Virus record (IMG/VR): IMGVR_UViG_3300028809_000684
Length of the DNA stretch: 64,000 nt
Source: an uncultured virus (IMG/VR IMGVR_UViG_3300028809_000684)
Lineage: Duplodnaviria; Heunggongvirae; Uroviricota; Caudoviricetes
Strand: one strand, 5' to 3'
A model generated the notes under the pieces. That model saw nothing but the letters and a program-made list of their open reading frames with translations, was not told where the DNA came from and did no database searches. Each line of letters starts with the position of its first letter. The first letter of the stretch is position 1. Made by a program: the position numbers and the translations under genes. This document shows, piece after piece, positions 1 through 8,445 of the stretch.

Positions 1-483
1 CAGCTTGTCCGGACGTCCCAGGAAGTGCTGCCCGACTTCCTGCTTTCGCTGGCGGAACGCCTGTCGCAGAGTCTCGTCGTCGTTCGTGTGGACGCAGCCG
101 AGGTTGAGGAGGCGAAGCAAGTCGGTCAGGTTTGCCCAACGTAGCGCTTCGATCGCACGACGGTTCACCCTGGCAAGCTGCCGCTGCATGGAGGCGACCC
201 ATGCGTCTTCGTCGCGGTCGAGCAGGATGAAGCGAGCGTTCGGGTAGGCCCGGTCGAGTTCCCGAAACCGGAACGTCATAACGTTGATGACGGTGTCGAA
301 CTCTTCCAGCAAGCTGTAGTCGACCTTCCCTTGAAGGAGACAGTTCGTCGTGTCCTTCACGTGCCGCCCGGGGCAACCGTGCGTGACCTTGAAGCCACCG
401 AGGATGTTCAGAGCTTCGGCGAGTGAACAGGTGCCTGTCTTGGACAGACTCACGTCGAAGAGGAAGGGGTGGTTGTGATCCAT
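1..483 (-). CDS. Sulfotransferase-like P-loop protein (3' end runs off the window)
   Basis: Manual translation from ATG at 481-483: MDHNHPFLFDVSLSKTGTCSLAEALNILGG...YPNARFILLDRDEDAWVASM. This matches the sulfotransferase SKTGT-SL-AL-ILG and FIL-R-W-S motifs. Not in the ORF track. Confidence 0.7.
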   Translation of the reverse strand, partial: MDHNHPFLFDVSLSKTGTCSLAEALNILGGFKVTHGCPGRHVKDTTNCLLQGKVDYSLLEEFDTVINVMTFRFRELDRAYPNARFILLDRDEDAWVASMQRQLARVNRRAIEALRWANLTDLLRLLNLGCVHTNDDETLRQAFRQRKQEVGQHFLGRPDKL

Positions 484-486
484 CAG

Positions 487-557
487 TTACCCCGCTGGGA
501 TTCGAACCCAGACTACCGGCACCAAAGACCGATGTGCTGCCGTTACACCACAGAGTA
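487..557 (-). tRNA. tRNA-Gln(UUG)
   Basis: Cloverleaf; anticodon arm TCGGT-CTTTGGT-GCCGG; T arm CTGGG-TTCGAAT-CCCAG. Confidence 0.9.
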
Positions 558-560
558 AGC

Positions 561-590
561 AAAAGACCCCGTCGCATGACAGGGTCTTTC
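561..590 (-). terminator. Hairpin followed by a U-tract (terminator-like or processing signal)
   Basis: AAAGACCC...GGGTCTTTT on the minus strand. Confidence 0.5.
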
Positions 591-730
591 GTGTCCCGGA
601 TCGCTATCGGAATGCCGAACGCACGCAACCAGATGGCCCTTTTGGGAACCACGAGCCGAAGCTCACAGAAGACTATTCGCTTTCCGGGCAATTCCAACGG
701 GATCCTAGCCGACAGTTGGGGGTTGAGCAA

Positions 731-801
731 TACCGCGTATGGGATTCGAACCCACCTAAGCCGTTAGAAAGACGGCTGTCCTCCCCGAAGACGAACGCGG
801 C
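731..801 (-). tRNA. tRNA-Glu(UUC), atypical D arm
   Basis: Anticodon arm GCCGT-CTTTCTA-ACGGC; T arm GTGGG-TTCGAAT-CCCAT. Confidence 0.8.
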
Positions 802-805
802 ATAG

Positions 806-892
806 CGGAAGTCGAGGGACTCGAACCCTCACACCCTTGCGGGCCGTCCAGGTAGCAACCGGCGCCGGCAAACCAGTGGCCGGATGACTTCC
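806..892 (-). tRNA. tRNA-Ser(GCU)
   Basis: Acceptor GGAAGTC/GACTTCC with G73; loop TTGCTAC; long variable arm. Confidence 0.8.
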
Positions 893-895
893 AAG

Positions 896-979
896 CGGAA
901 AGCCGAAGAATCGAACTCCACGCGTTTTACCGCGCCCCCGGTTTTCGAGACCAGTTTGCCTCCGTTGGCGGGACCTTCC
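896..979 (-). tRNA. tRNA-Ser(CGA)
   Basis: Anticodon arm CTGGT-CTCGAAA-ACCGG; long variable arm; G73. Confidence 0.85.
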
Positions 980-984
980 GTAAG

Positions 985-1128
985 TGACGATGCCAGGAAT
1001 CGAACCTAGTGAGCAGGCCACATTGGCAGTACCTCCCGCCGCTCTGCATGCGAGCGGACAGTCCCTTCCACCGTTGGCTGATCTGCACTGGCCATACACC
1101 AGTCCCTCTGCCATTGAGGATCATCGTC
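985..1128 (-). ncRNA. tRNA-like RNA with a ~70-nt structured insertion in the variable arm
   Basis: Acceptor GACGATG/CATCGTC-A; D arm CCTC-AATGGCA-GAGG; ACTGG/CCAGT arm; T arm CTAGG-TTCGATT-CCTGG. Confidence 0.7.
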
Positions 1129-1132
1129 AAAG

Positions 1133-1208
1133 TAGCAGCGACAGGGATCGAACCTGCATGCACACGGGTCTGAGCCGTGCCGCTCTGTCCAACATGGCGT
1201 ACGCTGCC
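1133..1208 (-). tRNA. tRNA-Leu(CAG) with short variable loop
   Basis: Anticodon arm CACGG-CTCAGAC-CCGTG; only 5 nt before the T arm. Confidence 0.8.
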
Positions 1209-1212
1209 GTCT

Positions 1213-1482
1213 TTATCGACTGGCATCACCAGTCGCTCGCCTGTGATTACGAATCTGCTGGTGCGGTGAGGACGGCTCAGGATAGGGAACACTCGCCGAC
1301 CGCACCGTCCATCCCGCTTCCCAGTTGCCATCTTCGTCACGCAGGCGAATCATGCGGCCGACGATAGCGAACTTGGCGGGAATCCAACTCGTGGTTCGCT
1401 CTAATCCACGAGGGGTTAGTCGCTCCAGGAGGCATTGACAGTACAGGTCGCGAGAACGGGATGGAGTATGAGGTGCAAACAT
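1213..1482 (-). CDS. Hypothetical protein inside the tRNA cluster
   Basis: 89-aa ORF with an AGGAG RBS, filling the gap between two tRNAs. Confidence 0.6.
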   Translation of the reverse strand: MFAPHTPSRSRDLYCQCLLERLTPRGLERTTSWIPAKFAIVGRMIRLRDEDGNWEAGWTVRSASVPYPEPSSPHQQIRNHRRATGDASR

Positions 1483-1495
1483 GATGGTCTCCTAG

Positions 1496-1578
1496 TACCG
1501 AGAGCCGGAGTCGAACCGACAAGATCGCAATGATGGCGAGTCTACAGCTCGCGGGGCCTTCCAATGCCCAATCTCGGT
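1496..1578 (-). tRNA. tRNA-Tyr(GUA)
   Basis: Anticodon arm GCGAG-CTGTAGA-CTCGC; long variable region. Confidence 0.85.
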
Positions 1579-1665
1579 GGGGCGGGCCACTTCACCTGAT
1601 CCGAGTCCGGGAGTGGTGTCACAAGCACCTTCCCTTCTGTCAGGCCGTAGTACCCGTACGGACGT

Positions 1666-1737
1666 GAGACGCCGGTCAGTGTCGAGCTGACCTCACCATC
1701 GTTTGCTGCGACGGGCCATCCCGGATGGACGGCGTCT
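1666..1737 (-). ncRNA. Aberrant tRNA-like cloverleaf (GCA at the anticodon position)
   Basis: Closing stem AGACGCCG/CGGCGTCT; arms CCATC/GATGG, CCGTCG-CAGCAAA-CGATGG and GTCAG-CTCGACA-CTGAC. Confidence 0.55.
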
Positions 1738-1806
1738 TGTGGCTGCGACGGGCGGTAAACCGCCACCGCGACGTCTACGCGGTGTCCAAACGTCGCAGCC
1801 TTTGAG

Positions 1807-1879
1807 CACAGCCCCAGGGAATCGAACCCTGCCAATCGAATTTGGAGTTCGACTCGCCAGCCTTGGATCATTGGGCCGT
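1807..1879 (-). tRNA. tRNA-Trp(CCA)
   Basis: Anticodon arm TCGAA-CTCCAAA-TTCGA; G73. Confidence 0.8.
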
Positions 1880-1885
1880 GTGAGG

Positions 1886-1957
1886 CCGGAGCGACCGGAA
1901 TCGAACCGGTGACCACCGGGTTTCAACCGATGACTCTACCAACTGAGTTACGCTCCG
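1886..1957 (-). tRNA. tRNA-Phe(GAA)
   Basis: Anticodon arm ATCGG-TTGAAAC-CCGGT; canonical D and T arms. Confidence 0.85.
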
Positions 1958-2230
1958 AAATGGAACGCTCGGTAGGGTCTGTTGTCGAAGAGACTGTCTG
2001 CCGAGCTGCCTTAGAGGCAATACCACTCGAACGACTCAAGGGCGCACAAGAGGCCGGATGAGCGTTCAAGGGAACTCAGGCTAAACAGTTCGCGGGCCAT
2101 TTGATTTTGTCTCAGGAGGACGGGCAGCCAAGCGGCTGCCCGTCTCACTTCCCACTCAGGAGGCTCGGGTTTGATACCGAAGCATCGACTCCTGAAGCAT
2201 ACCTGCGATCAATCAGCTGTCAAGCAGAGA

Positions 2231-2809
2231 TTATGGATGCCACACCTCATGGTTCATCAGGCCCTCGCAACCACCGAGTGGACCCTCGACGACGCGGTAC
2301 TCAATGCCAGCCTTCTTGATCCGAGCCACGCCCTTCGAAACTGTCTGAGCGTATTTCTTGTAGGTCCGATCCAGTGCCGGTTTGTGGACCACGACAGCTT
2401 TCAGCCCCGCCATGATGACGGCCCGCGCACAGCGCTCGCAGATGGCCCAAGGGCAGTAGAGGATGGCGCCACGGGTAACGATCCCAGACCGAGCCGCGGT
2501 GAAGATGACGTCTTCCTCGGCATGGACGACTATGTCGTCCTTCACCTTCAGGTTTTCTTCGGTCGGCTCGAAGCCGAAGGGCAACCGGTTACAGCCATAG
2601 ATCAGCAGCGCGTCTCGATCATCTTCTGTTGCGAGCAGGGACCCGTTCTTCGTTTTCGGGTCGTCGCTCTTCTCTGCAGCGACCTGGTAGCACAGACGGA
2701 GCGCGGTGCGGTCTGTACGGCCTTCGTCTATCTCCTTGGATCGCTTCAGCAGGGTGAGGAGATTGTGCGGCCGGGTCTTGTCTTCCATGACGTGAGCCTC
2801 CTTGCTCAA
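2231..2809 (-). CDS. dCMP deaminase
   Basis: HAE and CxxC zinc motifs (VHAEEDVI...LYCPWAICERCARAVIMAGLKAVV). Confidence 0.9.
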   Translation of the reverse strand: MSKEAHVMEDKTRPHNLLTLLKRSKEIDEGRTDRTALRLCYQVAAEKSDDPKTKNGSLLATEDDRDALLIYGCNRLPFGFEPTEENLKVKDDIVVHAEEDVIFTAARSGIVTRGAILYCPWAICERCARAVIMAGLKAVVVHKPALDRTYKKYAQTVSKGVARIKKAGIEYRVVEGPLGGCEGLMNHEVWHP

Positions 2810-3109
2810 CGCACCTTAGACCTTCTGATAGCTAAAGAAAAGCACCTGGCCCGGCCGAAGCCGGGCATGATGCTCGTAGATCAGGAGAAACGAGAGGGTC
2901 TCCCGGCGCTGTCATTGTTGCGTCCAACTCGAACGTCGGGAGACCCTCTTCAGGCATACAAAGCCCAGGCGACGGGAACGGATATTGAGGCGGGCCAGCA
3001 CTCGCACCGCTCGACCGCCGCCTGGGACTACGAAACCCGATCACAGGAACAAGAGCAGGCGGGCCAGCTCTACCCTCGCTCAACTGTGATCGGGCTTGAA
3101 TGTGAAAGA

Positions 3110-3172
3110 CCGCCGAACATGACGTACGGGAAGGGAACGTCTGAGGGTAACCTTCCCAGATCGGCTCGACGG
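3110..3172 (-). ncRNA. Short Y RNA-like unit (distal copy)
   Basis: CCGTCGAGCCGA-N10-TTACC...CATGTTCGGCGG; same signature as the units upstream of the TROVE gene. Confidence 0.7.
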
Positions 3173-3356
3173 GCCAGAGGAACCGACGTCCAGGCTGGGA
3201 TTAACAGCTGGCTGCCAGTTTCGAGAGCGTTTTTCGCCACCTCTCTCGTGGGCGACCGCGGACGGCCAGGAACGTTCCTGGCAATCCGGCCGGCTGAGCC
3301 GGCATAGCAGTTCACAACAAACGAACTGCAGCCACGGTGGGCTCTCGCCGCTCCCG

Positions 3357-3998
3357 TTATACCCAGTGCGCTGTTGCCTTGGCAGCGAAACCGATCAGCC
3401 AGGTGTACCCGCAGATCCCGGCGGAGATCCCGAGCGTCCGAGCCACTTCGGCTCCTTCCTCGGCCGTCTTCTTCGCCGCGGCCTCAACACCGACCGAACG
3501 TGATGTTCGCAGGACGAGGTGGATCACGCGAACACTGTCACCACCAAGCCTGGATTCGAAGCTCCGCGGCATTGCGGTCGGCTCGTCGGAAATGCAGATC
3601 GAGATCTCGTCTGGCGCCGTTCGCTGAAGGATGGCCGCTCGACTCGGCTTTGTATCCTGCTCCTTCTCATACCCCAGGCACTCGAAGATCGGCTGAGTCG
3701 TCAGCCCCGTGCGACGAACCCGCTGAACACGGAAGATACTGTTGCCGTGCTCGATCTCTTTGCCGTCGACGATCCGCATCTCGTGGACCATCATCGTCCG
3801 GTTGTCGAGGGAGCGGAGCGAAAGGAACGTCTCTCCGGTCGGCTGGATCTTGCCGTTGCACTCTTCGTACACCAGCTTGAACCGGCCGGTCACGGCGTCG
3901 ATGCCGAGACCTTCTCGGAGCTGGGCTTCGGTGTCGTCGGCCAGAGCCGGCACCGCGATCAGACACGCCACAAACATGAACGCAAGCTGACGAAACAT
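3357..3998 (-). CDS. Secreted hypothetical protein
   Basis: N-terminal Sec-type signal peptide (MFRQLAFMFVACLIAVPALA); GAGGAG RBS. Confidence 0.7.
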   Translation of the reverse strand: MFRQLAFMFVACLIAVPALADDTEAQLREGLGIDAVTGRFKLVYEECNGKIQPTGETFLSLRSLDNRTMMVHEMRIVDGKEIEHGNSIFRVQRVRRTGLTTQPIFECLGYEKEQDTKPSRAAILQRTAPDEISICISDEPTAMPRSFESRLGGDSVRVIHLVLRTSRSVGVEAAAKKTAEEGAEVARTLGISAGICGYTWLIGFAAKATAHWV

Positions 3999-4017
3999 GA
4001 CTCGGCTCCTCAGAAAT

Positions 4018-4049
4018 GGAAAGACCCAGGCGGAATGCCTGGGTCTTGT
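4018..4049 (-). terminator. Intrinsic terminator-like hairpin
   Basis: AAGACCCAGGC-ATTCC-GCCTGGGTCTTT. Confidence 0.55.
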
Positions 4050-4190
4050 GGGCTAAGTGAATCCACTATGTTTATTGACGCGTTTCGGAGCGGAATTTAG
4101 GTCTCCAAACGCCTTCGGCGCTTGCCTCGCTCGTATCCGCTCACGTAATCGACGCCCCGTCGCTTGGACATCGGTCGAGCGCTGAACGCG

Positions 4191-4841
4191 TCATTGAAGC
4201 CGCGCTGCCATTCTCTCCGCGCTGGCGACGGTGGACTCGGTGATTTTGTCGACAACGACGATCTCCTCGGCTTTGACCGGGGTGAATGATCCAATCATTC
4301 CGACAGTCACTTTCCCATGTACTGCGAAGATCGGGACGATCTCACAGTCGACCCAGGCGACTTTTGCGTCTGGGGTGATCCGGAATCGCATCCGGAACAT
4401 CCGGGCCTCCGCAACCGCGGCTGCCCAGTCTGCCGTCACGGCCGGCCGGTCCTGCGGGTGAATCGCAGCCTTCCAGCCGTGACCGAGCGCTTCTTCCAGG
4501 GTAAGCCCCGTCAGGTATCGCCACTCAGGCGAAACCCAGACGCAGTACCCGTGCTCGTCCGTCTGAATGACAGCCAGGGCCAGGTCGGAGACGATCCGTT
4601 GGACCATGCCATTCATGCGCACGAGGCCGTGCTCGATCCGATTGATCGAGTCCTTCATCGTCGAACCAGAGTTGGTCGAGAACTGATCGGCGATGGAGTT
4701 CAGCGTGGAGTACGCCTTGTGGAGGTTCACCCCGAGGCGAACGAATCCAAAAATGGCCCCACACAGTCCGGATCCGCCACCGATCAACCAGGCCCAAAAT
4801 TCCCAGCTCGACAGCCAGGTCGTGATCAGGTTGTCTCCCAT
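4191..4841 (-). CDS. Membrane protein with a C-terminal PAS (PAS_3-like) domain
   Basis: N-terminal TM segment; TDEHG..VWVSPEWRYLTGLTLEEALGHGWKAAIHPQDR is a PAS signature. Confidence 0.85.
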   Translation of the reverse strand: MGDNLITTWLSSWEFWAWLIGGGSGLCGAIFGFVRLGVNLHKAYSTLNSIADQFSTNSGSTMKDSINRIEHGLVRMNGMVQRIVSDLALAVIQTDEHGYCVWVSPEWRYLTGLTLEEALGHGWKAAIHPQDRPAVTADWAAAVAEARMFRMRFRITPDAKVAWVDCEIVPIFAVHGKVTVGMIGSFTPVKAEEIVVVDKITESTVASAERMAARLQ

Positions 4842-4920
4842 CCAGACGCCTCCTTGCGTGCGGGGTCGAAGGATGCAGCCTAAACCACCTCAAGGGACCG
4901 CTCAAGGTCCGGGTTTTCCC

Positions 4921-5814
4921 TTACCCGTGCTGGGTGAGCCACTCCAGGTACACCGGAAGGTTCTCCTTCAGGCGCCGGATCGGCTTGTACGCCATCTTCT
5001 GCCGGGCCTTCGAGATGTTGCACAGCGTGAACGCCTGGTAGTTCCGACCGTACGGATTCGGGATCCACTCAACCTCCCAGTCGTTCCCGAAGATCATGAT
5101 CGCCAGGTCCCGGAAGGACGTCGCGACGCCGGACCCGATGTTGAAGATGTCGCTCATCTGGTGGAAGCCGGCCCGATGGAACGCCTGAACGGCGTCATCG
5201 ACGTGCAGCCAATCCCGCTGCTGACTTCCATCCTCGAACAGCTTTGGAGTCTCGCCGCGGAGCTTGGTCTTGAGCAGCTGATGCACCATGCTCGCACGGA
5301 GCCCCTTGTGGGACTCACCCGGGCCGTAGGTGTTGCACAGCCGCAGACCGACTGCGTTGATCCCGTGGTTTTCAGCGACCTGTTGAACCGCCCGCTCCAT
5401 GTTGAGCTTGCTCTGTCCGTACAGGTTGCAGGTTCCCACCGGAGTGACGCCCTCCACGTACGGCGCCGGCGCATCGCCATAGACAGCTGTCGAGCTGGCG
5501 TAGACGAACTGAGGACAGCCACGACTGATGACCTGGTCCATCAGGCGCATCGTGTCGGCAACGTTGATCCGGTCGTAGGCCCCGGCATCTTCACCGCGGG
5601 TGTCGTTCAAGGCGGCAAGGTGATAGCAGACGTCAATCTTCTTCGGCAGATCGTCCGGGGAGATCCCGTACAACCCTCGGTAGATCGGAATACCGGGCGG
5701 CACATTGCCGTTTCCACCGGTCACGGAATAGACCTCCTGTCCATACGCAACGAGGGAAGCGGCCAGGGCTCGGCCGATAAAACCGGACGCGCCGGTCACC
5801 AGTGCAACGGTCAT
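4921..5814 (-). CDS. hldD: NAD-dependent epimerase, ADP-L-glycero-D-manno-heptose 6-epimerase-like
   Basis: TGASGFIG, YASSTAVYG and YGQSK motifs; HldD-like GPGESHKG..ASM and YQAFT. Confidence 0.75.
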   Translation of the reverse strand: MTVALVTGASGFIGRALAASLVAYGQEVYSVTGGNGNVPPGIPIYRGLYGISPDDLPKKIDVCYHLAALNDTRGEDAGAYDRINVADTMRLMDQVISRGCPQFVYASSTAVYGDAPAPYVEGVTPVGTCNLYGQSKLNMERAVQQVAENHGINAVGLRLCNTYGPGESHKGLRASMVHQLLKTKLRGETPKLFEDGSQQRDWLHVDDAVQAFHRAGFHQMSDIFNIGSGVATSFRDLAIMIFGNDWEVEWIPNPYGRNYQAFTLCNISKARQKMAYKPIRRLKENLPVYLEWLTQHG

Positions 5815-6050
5815 GAGTCCTCCAGAAGAATGCCAAGAACACGACAGAACAGAGCAATGAGCCGCATCGCAATGAAGGAATGCAGCATCAGCGAGAAGCC
5901 AGTTATCATCTGCCCTTCGGACGGGAGCCGAGCCAGGGCAAGGAGCGCGAACATGATGCAGCAGCCGATGAGAAAGCGCCAGCTGATCCAGCTGACCGTA
6001 TCAGCCGCAGAAATCCATTCCTCCGAGCTCAACTGCATGCCGGCCTCCAT
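5811..6050 (-). CDS. Small membrane protein
   Basis: Two hydrophobic segments; ATGA overlap with the epimerase gene. Confidence 0.55.
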   Translation of the reverse strand: MEAGMQLSSEEWISAADTVSWISWRFLIGCCIMFALLALARLPSEGQMITGFSLMLHSFIAMRLIALFCRVLGILLEDS

Positions 6051-6072
6051 CCATAGGGGTGTGGGATTGTAG

Positions 6073-6549
6073 TCAGGCCGCTTCCTGAATTGCGACCTGA
6101 CCGTAGTAGGCCACCGACTTTCGGGTCAGGCCCTGGTCCGCCATGTCACGAAGCATCTCGCTGTTCATCCAGCGGAGTTCGAGGTGCTCGTCCGACAGCC
6201 GCGGCGGCTGATCCGGATTCTTCGGCTTTGCAACATAGATCAGACACTGATGTGAGTGCGTCGGCGTGATCGGATGAACGTCGACGAACCGCGGTCTGGG
6301 CATCGGGGTGATGTCCGGTTCCAGCTGAGGCGGCACCTCGGCCAGGATCTCGACTTCGAGCCCGGTCTCTTCGTCAGTCTCGCGATGGAGTGCGGCGAGG
6401 ACTGTCTCGTTGATTTCGATATGACCGCCGATCGGCAGCCACAGGCCGATCTTCTTGTGGTGGCACATCAGGACTTGGCCGTGCATAACGATGTAGAGGG
6501 CAACGGTCCAGTCGAGAGCGTAAAAGATGTGGGGCAACGTGGTCTCCAA
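6073..6549 (-). CDS. Nudix hydrolase
   Basis: Nudix box GGHIEINETVLAALHRETDEETGL. Confidence 0.9.
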   Translation of the reverse strand: METTLPHIFYALDWTVALYIVMHGQVLMCHHKKIGLWLPIGGHIEINETVLAALHRETDEETGLEVEILAEVPPQLEPDITPMPRPRFVDVHPITPTHSHQCLIYVAKPKNPDQPPRLSDEHLELRWMNSEMLRDMADQGLTRKSVAYYGQVAIQEAA

Positions 6550-6552
6550 ATG

Positions 6553-6581
6553 AAAAGACCCGCAGCAAACGCTGCGGGTCT
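6553..6581 (-). terminator. Intrinsic terminator after the TROVE gene
   Basis: AGACCCGCAGC-GTTT-GCTGCGGGTCT followed by TTT. Confidence 0.7.
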
Positions 6582-6601
6582 GGTGAGGGATCGATCGCGA
6601 G

Positions 6602-8227
6602 CTACTTCACGAAGCTCGCCATCACGGCAGGAACGTCGGCCGACGCGCCGACGATGTCGAGCTGACCGGCATCCTTCGGGTCAGCGACCGAGAACCGCGT
6701 GGCCGTCAAAGCACACACGATGAGTTTGGCCGGACGGTTCATCTGCTCGCGGTACATCTGCAGGGCCTGGGAGGCGTGGATCTGCCCCGCCCAGCTCTCG
6801 TTGTCCGTGTAGATGACGAAGACGTCGACCTCGATCTTGTGGGCCAGAGCGTACAACATCGGCAGGGCGCAGTCGGTCCCACCGAAGTTGAGCTTCCGCA
6901 TCTCAGCGATCGCTGTCGGAATCGTGTCCCGGACGCCAATCGCCAACGGCGTCACCGCCGCAGTGTCGTACCGGCCGTTACGACCCGCCGTGAAGGCAAC
7001 GACATGCGTCTCCTCTTCCGTCCGGATCGGGATCAGAGCCAGAGCCGTCGCCGCCTCCGCCGCCGAGAGACCGGGCACGCTCGCGACGTGGCTACTGTGC
7101 ATACTCCCGCTGACGTCGACGCCGAGCAGGTACTTCTTGTTCGTCGGCTCCAGGTACTGGAAGGCCTTGTAGAAGCCGTCGTCGAGGGCGGAGATGATCC
7201 GTTGATCGACGTTCCAGGTCAGGGACCCCTTCACACCCTTACCGTTCGCGTAGACCTTCGAAGCGAGCAGAAGAGCGAACGGGTGGACCCGTTCCTTCTT
7301 CAGCCGATCCGGGTTGGTCAAGGCGTTCGTGACGAACCTGGTCGTGCTCGACAACGGCTTGATGAGGTCGATGGACGTCATCTTGCCGAGGTTTCGCACC
7401 ATCGCCGTCAGCCCCATGTGCGGCAGGAGGGCCTCCCACACCTTCGGCTCGTTGAGGTACTCGGTCGGGATCGCTTCCCGCGGCAGCTGGTACGTCTCGA
7501 TCGCCTTGATGATCTCCTTGGCCGACGTCGCCGCCTTCGCAGCTTCGAAGCCCAGAATCGCGGGAGCCTCGCTGCCGGCACGGCCGTGGGCGATCCAGTC
7601 GAACACCTTGCCGTGCGGACTGTCGGAAGGCACCTTCGGCTTCGACAGCCGGAGGACGTCGCGATGGGACCACGCCTTGCCGCCTTCCGAGACGACTCGC
7701 GACTGATACTTGACGGCCTGATAGGCAGCCTGATCCGCCGGCCGGCTGAGATACCAATTCTGAATGGCACGCTTGAGGCCGCGACCCCAGCCCCGGAACT
7801 GCTCGACGGCATCGACGAACTGGAACAGGTGATAGCCCGTCCGGCAGATGTCGTTCAACGCAGCGAGGGCCTGCTGACCGAGCTCTTCCTTCTGGCCGGC
7901 GAGGTACGCCAGGACGAAGACCGCCTGGTCGTTCTTCGGCGCCAGGGCTTCGAGGCTGATCCGGCGGGTCATTTCGAGGACACGCTTGGCGTCCTCCTGC
8001 ACGCACTTGGCCAGGACGGCGATGCTGTCCTGCGTCATCTTCTGTTCGGTGACGTAGTACGATCCGCCCATCGTGCCGAGGATCAGGAAGCGTTCAAGCT
8101 GCTTCCAGTGATCAACGACGAACGAGAAGCCGCCAGCGTTGTTTTTCTCCATCGGCTTGCCGGGGATCGGCTGCGACTGCGGAGTCTGACGGGTGGAAGC
8201 CGAACGTGCGTAGCGTGACGCGTTCAT
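6602..8227 (-). CDS. rsr: Ro60-related TROVE domain RNA-binding protein
   Basis: NNAGGFSF, RFLILGTMGGSYY, GWGRGLKRAIQNWY, KYQSR, ALLPHMGLTAMVRNLGKMT; vWA DVSGSM; GGTDCALPMLYA; YTDNESW. Confidence 0.97.
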   Translation of the reverse strand: MNASRYARSASTRQTPQSQPIPGKPMEKNNAGGFSFVVDHWKQLERFLILGTMGGSYYVTEQKMTQDSIAVLAKCVQEDAKRVLEMTRRISLEALAPKNDQAVFVLAYLAGQKEELGQQALAALNDICRTGYHLFQFVDAVEQFRGWGRGLKRAIQNWYLSRPADQAAYQAVKYQSRVVSEGGKAWSHRDVLRLSKPKVPSDSPHGKVFDWIAHGRAGSEAPAILGFEAAKAATSAKEIIKAIETYQLPREAIPTEYLNEPKVWEALLPHMGLTAMVRNLGKMTSIDLIKPLSSTTRFVTNALTNPDRLKKERVHPFALLLASKVYANGKGVKGSLTWNVDQRIISALDDGFYKAFQYLEPTNKKYLLGVDVSGSMHSSHVASVPGLSAAEAATALALIPIRTEEETHVVAFTAGRNGRYDTAAVTPLAIGVRDTIPTAIAEMRKLNFGGTDCALPMLYALAHKIEVDVFVIYTDNESWAGQIHASQALQMYREQMNRPAKLIVCALTATRFSVADPKDAGQLDIVGASADVPAVMASFVK

Positions 8228-8243
8228 GGGAAGCCTTTCCTAC

Positions 8244-8274
8244 AAAAGAAAACGCCGAACAGGATGCTCGGCGT
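8244..8274 (-). terminator. Intrinsic terminator between the Y RNA array and rsr
   Basis: ACGCCGAGC-ATCCT-GTTCGGCGT followed by TTTCTTTT. Confidence 0.65.
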
Positions 8275-8302
8275 GAGTGGTCAGCGAGGCCCGCTGAAAG
8301 AA

Positions 8303-8439
8303 TCCGTGAACATGGGGCTGATGTCCCTGTTTGACGTGTGCTATCTACTACACTACGGCCCCGTGAAAGAGGGGCCGCTGGGAGTTGCACCCAGGCTACG
8401 CGATTGGAAATCGATAAGGAACGTCATTCGGCTCACGAA
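8303..8439 (-). ncRNA. yrlA: YrlA-type Y RNA (circularly permuted tRNA-like domain)
   Basis: Terminal stem GAGCCGA...CATGTTC; T arm, loop-closed acceptor CGGCCCC/GGGGCCG, then D arm. Confidence 0.85.
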
Positions 8440-8445
8440 TGCGAA

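Noticed and set aside
4097..4294. Ribosome modulation factor-like ORF (REWQRGF...GYERG)
   Set aside because: Only a superficial motif, and it overlaps the PAS gene by ~100 nt; not supportable without a search.
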